Virus record (IMG/VR): IMGVR_UViG_3300033143_005075
Location: 62,001-120,098 of that record
Direction: 5' to 3' (one strand)
Origin: an uncultured virus (IMG/VR IMGVR_UViG_3300033143_005075)
Lineage: Duplodnaviria; Heunggongvirae; Uroviricota; Caudoviricetes
Length of the DNA stretch: 58,098 nt
Positions 8,683 to 18,344 of the stretch are shown piece by piece. Under the pieces are notes generated by a model. The model had not been told where the DNA came from, did not search any database, and was given only the letters and a program-made list of their open reading frames with translations. Made by a program: the position numbers and the translations under genes. The first letter of the stretch is position 1. Each line of letters opens with the position of its first letter.

Positions 8683-10109
8683 TACGCATTCCTCCTGAAT
8701 TTTAGTTCTGTTCCCACCGCAGTTGGTGAATCTACATATAATAAATCAATACTACCTGCCAAATCTATCAATTTATTGCCGTTATAATTTAGTAGGGCTG
8801 TTCGTGCGTTGAGTGTGTCTGATACATAAACTCGATTGTGGATAGAGGTAATTTCTCTCAACGATGAAAACTGCCCAACTCCTGAACCACTTGAACCATA
8901 AGACAGCAATAGGGAATAATCAGACAAATCAAAAAACGCTATACGGGCGTTAGCATTATCAAGAACATATATAATCCCGTTGGCAATATGAAGACCTCGT
9001 GGACCATCTAAGTTACTCGACCCGAATGTCGTATTGGCTGATAGGTCCGATTGATTTAAGACAACCACCTGATCCCCAATAAATGACGCGATGAATATTT
9101 TACTATCTGCTACTCCGATCCCCCTCGGGGATGACACAACGGCTCCCGAATTTGCATCCCACGTCAATCCGGATTCTACCCACACGCATACCCGATTATT
9201 GCCTTCATCTGTTATATATATCTTCCCATTGTCGATTGTTATTCCTATGGGGCCCGAAAAGTTCTCATCACCAGCTCCCGTCGATCCAAAATTCGATTCC
9301 CATGCCAACGTGGACTCGTTCCATACAGTAACACGATCATTACCAAAATCAACTACATAGATTTTACCGTTTGAAATGGCAATCCCTCTTGGATCGCGGA
9401 ACTGCCCATTCCCTAGTCCATTAGCACCAAATGAAGTGATATATGACAAGTCGGTTTCATCCCATACAGTAATTTTATCACCAGAAGCTAATGGAGGCGA
9501 TTCTGCTATATAAATCTTTCCGTTGGAAATTGCAACACCATACGGGTGGACCGTTCCGACTGTATCCCTCCAAACTATAGGCGTTGGTTCATTCAGTGCC
9601 CATCTATATTCTAATCCATAATGTATTCCATCTGTACCTCTACATGCATATATTGTTGCCACTTCATCTGCCGGTAGAACTCTATTATATATTCGCAGAT
9701 CATCAATGACTCCGTGAAAGTTATTAGTTCCATAGCCAGCATCACCAACCCGTAAATAATCATTAGTAACCGCTCCCGTCGTTTGTGTGTCCGATATATC
9801 AAATACACCGTTAATGAATATGCCATTTACGCCTGCATTAGTATAATAACAAGCGACATGATACCACTGTGTAGTAGACGTTATCGTTGCATTACTTTCA
9901 GTTCCTTTTGCTTTATGTCTGCGTAAGATAGTTTGTATTTCATTACTGGTGTTAAATCTAATTAAGAAGTTATCCTCTACATAAATTAATGTATGAATAG
10001 ATCCGATATTGTCTCTTTTGACCCAAAAGCATATAGTTCCATCAGTTGGCACAGTAATGACTGCGTCACTTACAAGAGCTTGACTCACACCATCAAATTG
10101 CATAGCCAT
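8682..10109 (-). CDS. LamG/concanavalin-like protein with an inserted NHL-repeat beta-propeller
   Basis: LamG motifs TICFWVK, WYHVACY, FINGV and FHGVIDDLRIYNRVL. NHL repeats such as GQFRDPRGIAISNGKIYVVDFGNDRV and NFSGPIGITIDNGKIYITDEGNNRV. Confidence 0.88.
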   Translation of the reverse strand: MAMQFDGVSQALVSDAVITVPTDGTICFWVKRDNIGSIHTLIYVEDNFLIRFNTSNEIQTILRRHKAKGTESNATITSTTQWYHVACYYTNAGVNGIFINGVFDISDTQTTGAVTNDYLRVGDAGYGTNNFHGVIDDLRIYNRVLPADEVATIYACRGTDGIHYGLEYRWALNEPTPIVWRDTVGTVHPYGVAISNGKIYIAESPPLASGDKITVWDETDLSYITSFGANGLGNGQFRDPRGIAISNGKIYVVDFGNDRVTVWNESTLAWESNFGSTGAGDENFSGPIGITIDNGKIYITDEGNNRVCVWVESGLTWDANSGAVVSSPRGIGVADSKIFIASFIGDQVVVLNQSDLSANTTFGSSNLDGPRGLHIANGIIYVLDNANARIAFFDLSDYSLLLSYGSSGSGVGQFSSLREITSIHNRVYVSDTLNARTALLNYNGNKLIDLAGSIDLLYVDSPTAVGTELKFRRNA

Positions 10110-13100
10110 TATGTGAAACTCACCTTCAGCTCAAGAAGATTCCAGTCATCCACGAGTGTATCGCTTCCGCTTCCTGTATTACGAGTCAGTTCTATCTGAG
10201 CAATCCTTCCTGCGACAAGGGACAACGTGGTCAACGCAATCGTCTGAGTATCATATTGAAAATATTCATTTGACGTTCCCATTGTAATTGCTGTCATATC
10301 GGTTCCTGCCGACCACGATTCAACGACTCCGTTATCTGGCATCTCTCGGACATACAGTTTTGGCACAACCCCAAGATTAGAAGCCGCTCCTGTTTCAGGT
10401 CTGGACCTAAGTGAGATAACTATATTAGTTGCACCAGTCGGAATTTCTATAATCATTCCGACTCCCTCTTCAGATGTATCATCAAATTCACGGACAGTTA
10501 ATGCACTGTTGTTACTATCTGCAAACGCCCTAGTTGAATTATTTACTGCCCAATCTGCTGTATTTGGGCTGTCAAACTGATCTGCGAAGAAATGGAATGT
10601 TGGGAATATTAGTTTGCTTACTTGAACTCGCTTCTTCACATAGCCTGCAGCCGAATCTTCAATGACAAGCAAATCTGTACTGGCTGGAGTGGTCTTTTCT
10701 GTTATTCCGCTGATCTCGAATGCTTCATTGTCGTGGATAGCATCTGCATCGGCAGCACTGAGTGTATCATCGATCCAGTCTGATCCATTGTAGATAAGAG
10801 CTGCGCCGGATGTCGGTGCTGAGATGACCACATCTGATAGATCATCTAGGGTATGTCCATGTCCTGTATCTGCCTTGCCCGCAAGTTCTCCACTGATCTG
10901 GTTCGCCGACCAGAGATCGGTGTCTCCATACCCTGAGTCATTTATCGTTCGATGCTTGGTATCATCAGCGAGATGTGTGTCATATCCGTCGTGGTCGTAC
11001 GTACTTTCATGTGATGCTACAGCTCCGGAGACTTCGTAGTCGGCGTCATGGTCATGGCCGGATATTGCAAAGTTATCATGGTCCCAGGCAGACTCATGTG
11101 TGGCCACGGCGCCAGATACTTCCGTATTGGAATCTACATATGCCTTGGTGGCAGCATCCTGATCTTGCATAGGATCGGCGATGTCCCGAAGTATACCGCC
11201 GACGAAATCGTTGACTCCGCCTTCCATTAGTTGGTATGTTGAATTTATGCCTTTGAGGTCGTACGGAGTGGACTCTCCCTCTGTATCATTATCATAGATG
11301 ATATTGTTGTCACAATTTGCTAACTCTTCAATACCTACTGTAGTATGATTGAGCAGGTGATTACCAGCAACAATACAATTGTTGCTGCCAGTCATAACGA
11401 TACCCTTACCAGCAATTGAATCCCCATTGATAAAGTTGCCCATTATTCGTAGTCGATCGGCTCCCGTGCATGTTATATCATTAGTACCAGAGCCAATAAT
11501 AGTATTCCCACGGATAAACATGTTATCCCCAGATCCGAACGATATGCCAACAAGACCAACGTAGTTGATATAACAATTCATTACACGAAGGCTACTAGTA
11601 GCCAATGCGACAATCCCATTACCTCCAGTTCTATTGATCGTGACATTATCAACAATGGTGTCGTCAGATATGGCAAGGGTTATTCCATGCTTTGTGTTAC
11701 CACTGCCCGACGCACCCCAAATAACAAAATTAGCAAAAGTAAGTTCATTCTTTCCACCTGCTGCTAAAAATACGTCAAAGTTCGGTTGGACAGAAGCTCC
11801 ATTCAGAGTGATGTCATTACCGCCGCTGGCCAACACTTCGTCATCGTTGAATCCAGCGGAATTACTCAGGTCGGTAAACCAAACAGTACCGGTTGTGGCC
11901 GTATCATAGACAATCCTACGGACGATGGCAGTATAGGAGTTGACGCTTCCAGTAATCGTATCATCAACTGATAGCGTACTAGTGGCATCGTCAAATGCCG
12001 CACGATTACTAGCCCATAACTGAGTAGCTCTTCCAGCACCAATGATTTTGGTCTTGGAGTAATCTATAGTTATTTCTGCCGTAATATCATAATCTCCAGC
12101 AGGAAGATATATCTCTCCACCCATGGACCCTAATGTATCAATAGCTGCATTAATACCAGCAGAATCATATGTCACTGGCATAGCAAATCTATTGGGAATA
12201 TTATATCCAATGGCCGTAATGTCTCCACTAGCGACAAAGTCACCACTAATGGTTAAGTCATTATCGAGATATGTGTGAGTATGAGCAGCAGCTGGGAAGT
12301 CACTGAGCTGTGCTCTCTTCTTGGCCCATGTTGCTTCGCTATCCTCGATAAGAACTATGTCTGTGCCTATTGGAGATACTTTCTGGGTAATGGCTTGAAT
12401 CTCGCTGGGCACGTTATCGTGAATAGCATTCGGATCCGTTCCACCAGCGCCGCTGACTGTGTCATTCACCCATTCTGCACCATTGTATAGCAGAACTTCA
12501 CCTGATGCAGGGCCGGACAGAGTAACATCAGTCAGCTCATCAAGTTCTGTTGCTCCTGTGCCACCAGAGACATTCTCGAGCTCTCCGCTTATCTTCTCGG
12601 CTGACCACAGATCTGTGGGCCCGTAGCCGGAGTCGTTGATCTCCCGATGTTTGTCAGCATCTGCCACGTGGGTATCATAACCATCGTGATCATATGAGCT
12701 CTCATGAGTATCTACTGCACCCGAAACCTCCGCACCTACATCATTGTGATCAAGATTATGAGGATTGCCTGTGGTTGTGGTTCTATGTGCTGAGTTAGTC
12801 GCTATGTCACCATGGGCATAAGTGCCTTCGTGTGCAGTTACAGCTCCCGATGTCTCATAATCTGCATCATGATCGTGACTCACCACTGAGAAGTTATCAT
12901 GATCCCAGGCAGATTCATGTGCAGACACTACTGTAACTGCAGCACCTGAAGCCTCGAAAAGGCTATCTGATTCATCTTCTGTGTAGTATCTCTCGTCATG
13001 GTTGTGACTGGTATCTGACTTTCCAGCTAGTTCACCACTTATCTGATCAGCTGACCATAGGTCGGTGACACTATATCCAGAATCATTAATTGTTCTGTGC

Positions 13101-15253
13101 TTTGTATCGTCAGCAATATGTGTGTCGTAACCATCGTGGTCATATGCACTTTCGTGTGTAGTTACTGCGCCAGATACTTCGTAATCTGCATCATGATCAT
13201 GTCCGGATATTGAGAAACTATCATGGTCCCAGGTGCTCTCATGAGTTGAGACTGCGCTTGCTGCTGTCCCTGCTGGATCCGCACCAACATCAGATGCATC
13301 TAAGCTATGTGGGTTACCTGTTGTGACATTTGCGTGAGTGATCGCTCCGGAAACATTGTTTCCTATGTCGATCTTGATGTATTCGTTGCCACCATCGTTT
13401 TCTTCTGAGACAACAATATCTCCGGCATCTCCACTGATTTTGTTGGACAGATAATCGCTAGTTGTATCATTACTGGATATCTTGACCTTCTCGTCTAGAT
13501 CACCCTCCACACTGGCAAGTTCACCGCTGATCTTGTCCGCGCTCCAGAGGTCAGTCACGCCATATCCAGTATCATTGATCTCTCGATGCTTATCAGCATC
13601 AGCTAAATGGGTATCGTATCCATCGTGATCATATGCGGATTCATGTGTATTCACAGCACCGGAGACTTCATAATCAGCATCATGGTCATGGCTAACGATT
13701 GAGAAATTGTCGTGATCCCAGGTTGATTCATGGCTATCCACTGCACCAGATGTTTCGTATAGATCATCATGGGTATGCGAAGTGTCCGATTTGCCAGCTA
13801 GTTCTCCACTGATTTGATCAGCTGACCACAGATCAGTAGAGCCATATCCTGAATCATTAATCTCTCTGTGTTTGTCAGTATCATCAATGTGTGATCTGAT
13901 CTGGGCTGGGGTGGTTGCATTTGTTCCATCGGTAAGGCTTCCGGAAATAGTAAGGTCCCCACTGAGGTATCCATTCCCAAGGGAGTCAATGTGTGCAACT
14001 TCATCATCATTGTAGTTCTCAAATGCAATATGGGTTGCACCAGCGTTGTCTCCCATTCGGAGATCTATATCCTGCCCACTAGCGGCAGAGACATACCAAT
14101 CCTTGATCCCTGTCGAAACAAGGATTACTCCAAGTGATATGTGTTTGGTTACGACCACACCAGCACTTTTGACTGCTCCTGTGGGTATCACATTGGTTAG
14201 AGCACCCGCAGTAGAGGGATACAGTTTGTCGCCTGTATTCCAACTATTTGTATTGACACCATTCAGTATGCCTTCTCGTCTGATAAGAATGCTTTGGCCA
14301 TGAGTTCTTGTCTCAGCTGCTAATGCATAAATGCCCGTTTTTGCTGGGTCTGTATTATCACACAGACCCACCTGAGGTGTCATGCCTGTGGATCCGTTGA
14401 TGTATACTGCTTGTCCCTTGGTAATGCCACCAGCTTCATTTACTCTTGCATCGATTGTTACAGCATTGGATACTGAGGTACCGATGTTAGTGATGTTCGA
14501 TCCATCTCCATATAGAGTAATGCCAGTCAGATCTCCACTGACATCCAGATTTCCATCTATAAAGGCATTGCCACCATCTATCCATTCGGTTCCATTATAG
14601 GTAAGAAGTTCTCCTGATACAGGTGCAGATATAGTTACATCATTCAGCTCACTGAGTTGATCACTGTTTACGAGTTCACCGCTTATCTTCTGTGCACTCC
14701 AGAGATCGGTAGCATCGTATCCTGAATCATTAATTTCTCTGTGTAGTTCTCCGCTGGCAAGGTGCGTATCATAGCTGTCATGATCATGTGTGATTTCATG
14801 GGATGCAACTGCGCCAGATACCTCATAATCAGCATCATGATCATGACTGGATAGAGCAAAGCTATCATGATTCCAAGCCACTTCATGTGTATCTACAGCA
14901 CCAGACACTTCATATAGATCGTTATGTGTGTGGCCAGCAAGAGCAAGATCACCAGAGGCAAGACCACCAATACTATCTACATCGTCGACCACACCATTTT
15001 GATTCATATCATATGTGGTTCTCGACATGATATTTTCATTGCTAACTGATGTTATAGAATTACCAAACTCGTCTACAACGGTAATTCCACTGATATCAAT
15101 TGCGTCCTGAATATCAACAGAGTTGTTGATTTCATCCTGTGAGAACTCCAGTAGAAGATCGTAGCCGGTAGTCGGGTGTGAGAAACTTCTTGCTCCCAAG
15201 TCGTCGAATACAACAGGATCTGGTGCCCCTGTGGTAGTTATTCTGAATGCCAT
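10109..15253 (-). CDS. Long tail fibre/tailspike, 1714 aa, with His/Asp-rich repeats and a right-handed beta-helix (pectin-lyase-like) domain
   Basis: Repeats HDHDADYEVSGAV..HE and HREINDSGY...DLWSA.QISGEL. INAAIDTL...GGEIYLPAGDY...IIGAG followed by PbH1-like repeats. ADP...QDAATKAYVD and L.DV.I..P.SG..L.YNG..W motifs. Confidence 0.85.
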   Translation of the reverse strand: MAFRITTTGAPDPVVFDDLGARSFSHPTTGYDLLLEFSQDEINNSVDIQDAIDISGITVVDEFGNSITSVSNENIMSRTTYDMNQNGVVDDVDSIGGLASGDLALAGHTHNDLYEVSGAVDTHEVAWNHDSFALSSHDHDADYEVSGAVASHEITHDHDSYDTHLASGELHREINDSGYDATDLWSAQKISGELVNSDQLSELNDVTISAPVSGELLTYNGTEWIDGGNAFIDGNLDVSGDLTGITLYGDGSNITNIGTSVSNAVTIDARVNEAGGITKGQAVYINGSTGMTPQVGLCDNTDPAKTGIYALAAETRTHGQSILIRREGILNGVNTNSWNTGDKLYPSTAGALTNVIPTGAVKSAGVVVTKHISLGVILVSTGIKDWYVSAASGQDIDLRMGDNAGATHIAFENYNDDEVAHIDSLGNGYLSGDLTISGSLTDGTNATTPAQIRSHIDDTDKHREINDSGYGSTDLWSADQISGELAGKSDTSHTHDDLYETSGAVDSHESTWDHDNFSIVSHDHDADYEVSGAVNTHESAYDHDGYDTHLADADKHREINDTGYGVTDLWSADKISGELASVEGDLDEKVKISSNDTTSDYLSNKISGDAGDIVVSEENDGGNEYIKIDIGNNVSGAITHANVTTGNPHSLDASDVGADPAGTAASAVSTHESTWDHDSFSISGHDHDADYEVSGAVTTHESAYDHDGYDTHIADDTKHRTINDSGYSVTDLWSADQISGELAGKSDTSHNHDERYYTEDESDSLFEASGAAVTVVSAHESAWDHDNFSVVSHDHDADYETSGAVTAHEGTYAHGDIATNSAHRTTTTGNPHNLDHNDVGAEVSGAVDTHESSYDHDGYDTHVADADKHREINDSGYGPTDLWSAEKISGELENVSGGTGATELDELTDVTLSGPASGEVLLYNGAEWVNDTVSGAGGTDPNAIHDNVPSEIQAITQKVSPIGTDIVLIEDSEATWAKKRAQLSDFPAAAHTHTYLDNDLTISGDFVASGDITAIGYNIPNRFAMPVTYDSAGINAAIDTLGSMGGEIYLPAGDYDITAEITIDYSKTKIIGAGRATQLWASNRAAFDDATSTLSVDDTITGSVNSYTAIVRRIVYDTATTGTVWFTDLSNSAGFNDDEVLASGGNDITLNGASVQPNFDVFLAAGGKNELTFANFVIWGASGSGNTKHGITLAISDDTIVDNVTINRTGGNGIVALATSSLRVMNCYINYVGLVGISFGSGDNMFIRGNTIIGSGTNDITCTGADRLRIMGNFINGDSIAGKGIVMTGSNNCIVAGNHLLNHTTVGIEELANCDNNIIYDNDTEGESTPYDLKGINSTYQLMEGGVNDFVGGILRDIADPMQDQDAATKAYVDSNTEVSGAVATHESAWDHDNFAISGHDHDADYEVSGAVASHESTYDHDGYDTHLADDTKHRTINDSGYGDTDLWSANQISGELAGKADTGHGHTLDDLSDVVISAPTSGAALIYNGSDWIDDTLSAADADAIHDNEAFEISGITEKTTPASTDLLVIEDSAAGYVKKRVQVSKLIFPTFHFFADQFDSPNTADWAVNNSTRAFADSNNSALTVREFDDTSEEGVGMIIEIPTGATNIVISLRSRPETGAASNLGVVPKLYVREMPDNGVVESWSAGTDMTAITMGTSNEYFQYDTQTIALTTLSLVAGRIAQIELTRNTGSGSDTLVDDWNLLELKVSFT

Positions 15254-16935
15254 TAGCCGATTCTCCTCGTAAAGAACGCAGTCACTGAGGGCCTATTCAC
15301 TGCTGTTCCGCTCATGTATAACTGTACTCTATCCCCGGCATCGAAGTCAACATTCTGAGTGAAATCATGATTTTCATATGCATTCGTAATATTGAGCCAA
15401 GCTAGAACAGTTATACCATCATTCTTCCTAACCTCAGTATTCCATATATCGTTATTTGCTCCTCCCACCATTGTTATTCCAGCTAGCGTGGAATCAAACG
15501 GAAGAGAGAAACCCCCGAGGTTCATCGGTATGTCTCCAGGCCCCCTCAGATATTGATTCGTGGTGTTGGGTGCATCCATTCCTGCCGATATCTGAATCAA
15601 GAAGCTCTGTTGTAATTGTCCACTGATTTGCTGTGCACTCCACAGATCTGTATCGGCATATCCTGCATCATCTATAGTTCTATGAAGCTCACCGCTTGCT
15701 AGATGGTCATCATATGCCTCATGGTCGTAGGCAAACTCATGACCAGTGACAGCTCCTGATGCTTCGTAATCTGCATCATGATCATGGTCCAATGCCGCGT
15801 AGTCAGCATCGTGATTATGACCCGACAACGCGAAGTTATCGTGGTCCCAAGCGGCTTCGTGTCCCGCCACTGCGCCTGACGTTTCATAAATGTCATCGTG
15901 GACATGCCCTGAAGCTGCAAAGAGACCATCTGCCTCAGCCTCTGTGTAATAGAGGTCATTGTGGCTGTGCCCAGTGTCAGACTTACTTACCAATTCACCA
16001 CTAATCTGCTCGGCACTCCATAGATCGATCGATCCGTAGCCGGCATCATCGATGGTGCGGTGGATTTCGCCACTCGCTATGTGTGTATCATATAAGTCGT
16101 GATCATATGATGCCTCGTGAGCATCCACTGATCCGGTGCCACCACTGACATCCTCTCCATTGGTCCATTGAGATCCATTATACTTGAGAATCTCTCCTGA
16201 TACGGGAGAACCGATCGTGACATCAGAGAGATCATTGATAGCATGAGCATGTCCTGACAGTGCAAAGTCATCGTGATCGTATGCTGATTCGTGAGCAGCT
16301 ACTGCTCCCGACGCTTCAAAGAGTCCGTCCGCTTCAGTTTCGGTATAATATCTATCGTCGTGGAGGTGACCCGAGGCGGAGAATAAGCCATCGGCTTCTG
16401 CTTCTGTATAATATCTGTTGTCATGTATGTGTCCCGATTCTGCATATTCATCATGTGTGTGACCTGATGGCTCGAAGAGACCATTGGCTTCAGTCTCAGT
16501 ATAATATCTATCATCATGAAGATGTGTTGTATCAGACTTACTTACCAGCTCACCACTTATCTGTTCGGCGCTCCATAGATCAGTATCTCCGTAAGCAGAA
16601 TCGTTGATCTGCCTGTGGAGTTCTCCGCTGACTAGGTGCTGATCATATGCATCGTGATCATAGATCGACTCGTGTCCAGCAATTGCGCCAGTGCCGCTTA
16701 TGTCCTGATCATTTACCCAGTATGTGCCATCATACTTCAGAACTTCTCCGGATATCGGAGAAGAGATCAAGACTGGGGCGAGCATGTATCCGAGAGAGTT
16801 CCAAGCAGTGGAGCCATCCCCAAGCTTTAACTTGTCGGTGTCGGTCTCGTATCCGTATTCACCAACAGCTAGGGTTGGATTGACGCTTGTCCAATTGCTT
16901 GCAGTGTCCCGCCTAATTTGTATCTGTTGTGCCAT
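15253..16935 (-). CDS. Tail fibre protein with Mtd_N (major tropism determinant N-terminal)-like domain and His-rich repeats
   Basis: N-terminus QIQIRRDTASNWTSVNPTLAVGEYGYETDTDKLKLGDGSTAWNSLGY, plus HxHDDRYYTETE repeats. Confidence 0.88.
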   Translation of the reverse strand: MAQQIQIRRDTASNWTSVNPTLAVGEYGYETDTDKLKLGDGSTAWNSLGYMLAPVLISSPISGEVLKYDGTYWVNDQDISGTGAIAGHESIYDHDAYDQHLVSGELHRQINDSAYGDTDLWSAEQISGELVSKSDTTHLHDDRYYTETEANGLFEPSGHTHDEYAESGHIHDNRYYTEAEADGLFSASGHLHDDRYYTETEADGLFEASGAVAAHESAYDHDDFALSGHAHAINDLSDVTIGSPVSGEILKYNGSQWTNGEDVSGGTGSVDAHEASYDHDLYDTHIASGEIHRTIDDAGYGSIDLWSAEQISGELVSKSDTGHSHNDLYYTEAEADGLFAASGHVHDDIYETSGAVAGHEAAWDHDNFALSGHNHDADYAALDHDHDADYEASGAVTGHEFAYDHEAYDDHLASGELHRTIDDAGYADTDLWSAQQISGQLQQSFLIQISAGMDAPNTTNQYLRGPGDIPMNLGGFSLPFDSTLAGITMVGGANNDIWNTEVRKNDGITVLAWLNITNAYENHDFTQNVDFDAGDRVQLYMSGTAVNRPSVTAFFTRRIG

Positions 16936-17772
16936 TTAGAAGCTCGCTGCTGCACCACCGTCTACGTTTTGTACAAAGTAGACTGTATCCGCGCGTCCTC
17001 CGTCAATATTTTGATCACCAGCGTCCCCAGTATCCACTGCATTAAGCCACTGACTACCATCAAACTTGAGAATCTCTCCTGAGATAACACCTGCAGTATC
17101 AACATCAAGGAGATCATCTATATATTGCGTACTCCCTCCACCAGAGATAGTGTCGAGTTCTCCACTAATCTTTTCGGCACTCCAGAGGTCCTCTGCTCCA
17201 TATCCGGAGTCGTCGATCCGTCTGTGAATTTCTCCACTGGCAACGTGAACATCATAGGCATCGTGATCATATGATGATTCATGTGCTGACACTGCTGAGG
17301 CTGCAGTGCCCGCGGGATCAGCGCCAGCATCTGCTGCATCGATGTTATGTGGGTTTCCGGTAGTTGTGTTGCGGTGTGCACTATTTGAAGCGATGTCCCC
17401 GTGTACATATGTGCCTTCATGGGTTGACATTGTGCCTGATGCTTCAAATAACCCATCTGATTCATCTTCAGTATAGTATCGGTCATCATGTATATGTCCA
17501 GAAGTTGCATATTCATCATGTACATGACCTGAAAGGGCATAGTCATCATGAGTGTGTCCTGTGTCGGACTTATCATCCAGGAGGTCATCTGTCTCTGTCT
17601 TTGTATAGAAATCGCCAGAGATAGCGATCTGGCTTATAGACTCATTAACCCAACCGCTAAGATCTTCATCGTAAACAAGAACTTCGCCGCTTGTTGGTGA
17701 CTCAATAATAACATCATCAAGGTCCTCGATGGAGAAGTCAGTTAAATTTATGATGAGATCATCGCGAGCCAT
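16936..17772 (-). CDS. Short fibre/adaptor protein with His-rich repeats and C-terminal DGG motifs
   Basis: Shares HxHDDRYYTE, TTGNPH and DLWSAEKISGEL repeats with its neighbours. Ends NIDGG...NVDGG. Confidence 0.75.
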   Translation of the reverse strand: MARDDLIINLTDFSIEDLDDVIIESPTSGEVLVYDEDLSGWVNESISQIAISGDFYTKTETDDLLDDKSDTGHTHDDYALSGHVHDEYATSGHIHDDRYYTEDESDGLFEASGTMSTHEGTYVHGDIASNSAHRNTTTGNPHNIDAADAGADPAGTAASAVSAHESSYDHDAYDVHVASGEIHRRIDDSGYGAEDLWSAEKISGELDTISGGGSTQYIDDLLDVDTAGVISGEILKFDGSQWLNAVDTGDAGDQNIDGGRADTVYFVQNVDGGAAASF

Positions 17773-17791
17773 CTAATTCTCTGTATTGTTC

Positions 17792-17995
17792 TTAGATCTT
17801 ATCAATCAGGTTCAGGATAACTTCTTTGATCTTATCATCAACTTGCTGATCGATAGCGCCTGCATTGATCTTCTTCTGTAGCTCAGGAATCAGCTTCTTT
17901 TTGGCCCATTTCCTCAAAGCTGGTTTCGCGGCTTTCAATGCTGGAAAGACTATGATTGTCCAGATCTTACCAAGGAATTTGATTGTCTTGTTCAT
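17792..17995 (-). CDS. Small basic/amphipathic hypothetical protein
   Basis: 67 aa ORF with AGGAG RBS, packed between operon genes. Confidence 0.6.
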   Translation of the reverse strand: MNKTIKFLGKIWTIIVFPALKAAKPALRKWAKKKLIPELQKKINAGAIDQQVDDKIKEVILNLIDKI

Positions 17996-18005
17996 GTTGT
18001 TCTCC

Positions 18006-18296
18006 TTATTTTAGCATAAAGAACACGAAGTTGATTAGTATTGTTGCTCCAACCAATACGAGCGAAAGGATGGTAAGATCACGTTTGTGTTGTGCTTCAT
18101 GACTTTCCATCCATGATATAGTTTTGATCATGAATTTATTGAGCTTGTCGATATCCTCATCATAGATCTCAAATCTCTTGTTATATGTCTCTTTTAGTTG
18201 CTTAAAGAGCTTAAGAATTTGAAGTTCTATAGATGTTGATATCGCTGATAGGATAGATTCTCGTTTGAATTCATTGGGAGTTTGGTCTTCTGCCAT
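18006..18296 (-). CDS. Coiled-coil protein with C-terminal TM helix (holin/XhlA-like)
   Basis: AGGAGG RBS; C-terminal hydrophobic segment LTILSLVLVGATILINFVFFML. Confidence 0.55.
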   Translation of the reverse strand: MAEDQTPNEFKRESILSAISTSIELQILKLFKQLKETYNKRFEIYDEDIDKLNKFMIKTISWMESHEAQHKRDLTILSLVLVGATILINFVFFMLK

Positions 18297-18344
18297 CTAC
18301 TTCCTCCTGTGATTTATGTCGCAATGATTCTATAGCCAATATTA

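Noticed and set aside
10800..17600. Periodic DNA repeats as a CRISPR array (tempting because of the Cas4-like domain)
   Set aside because: The repeats are degenerate at synonymous positions, lie in frame within fibre genes and lack a constant repeat/unique spacer structure.
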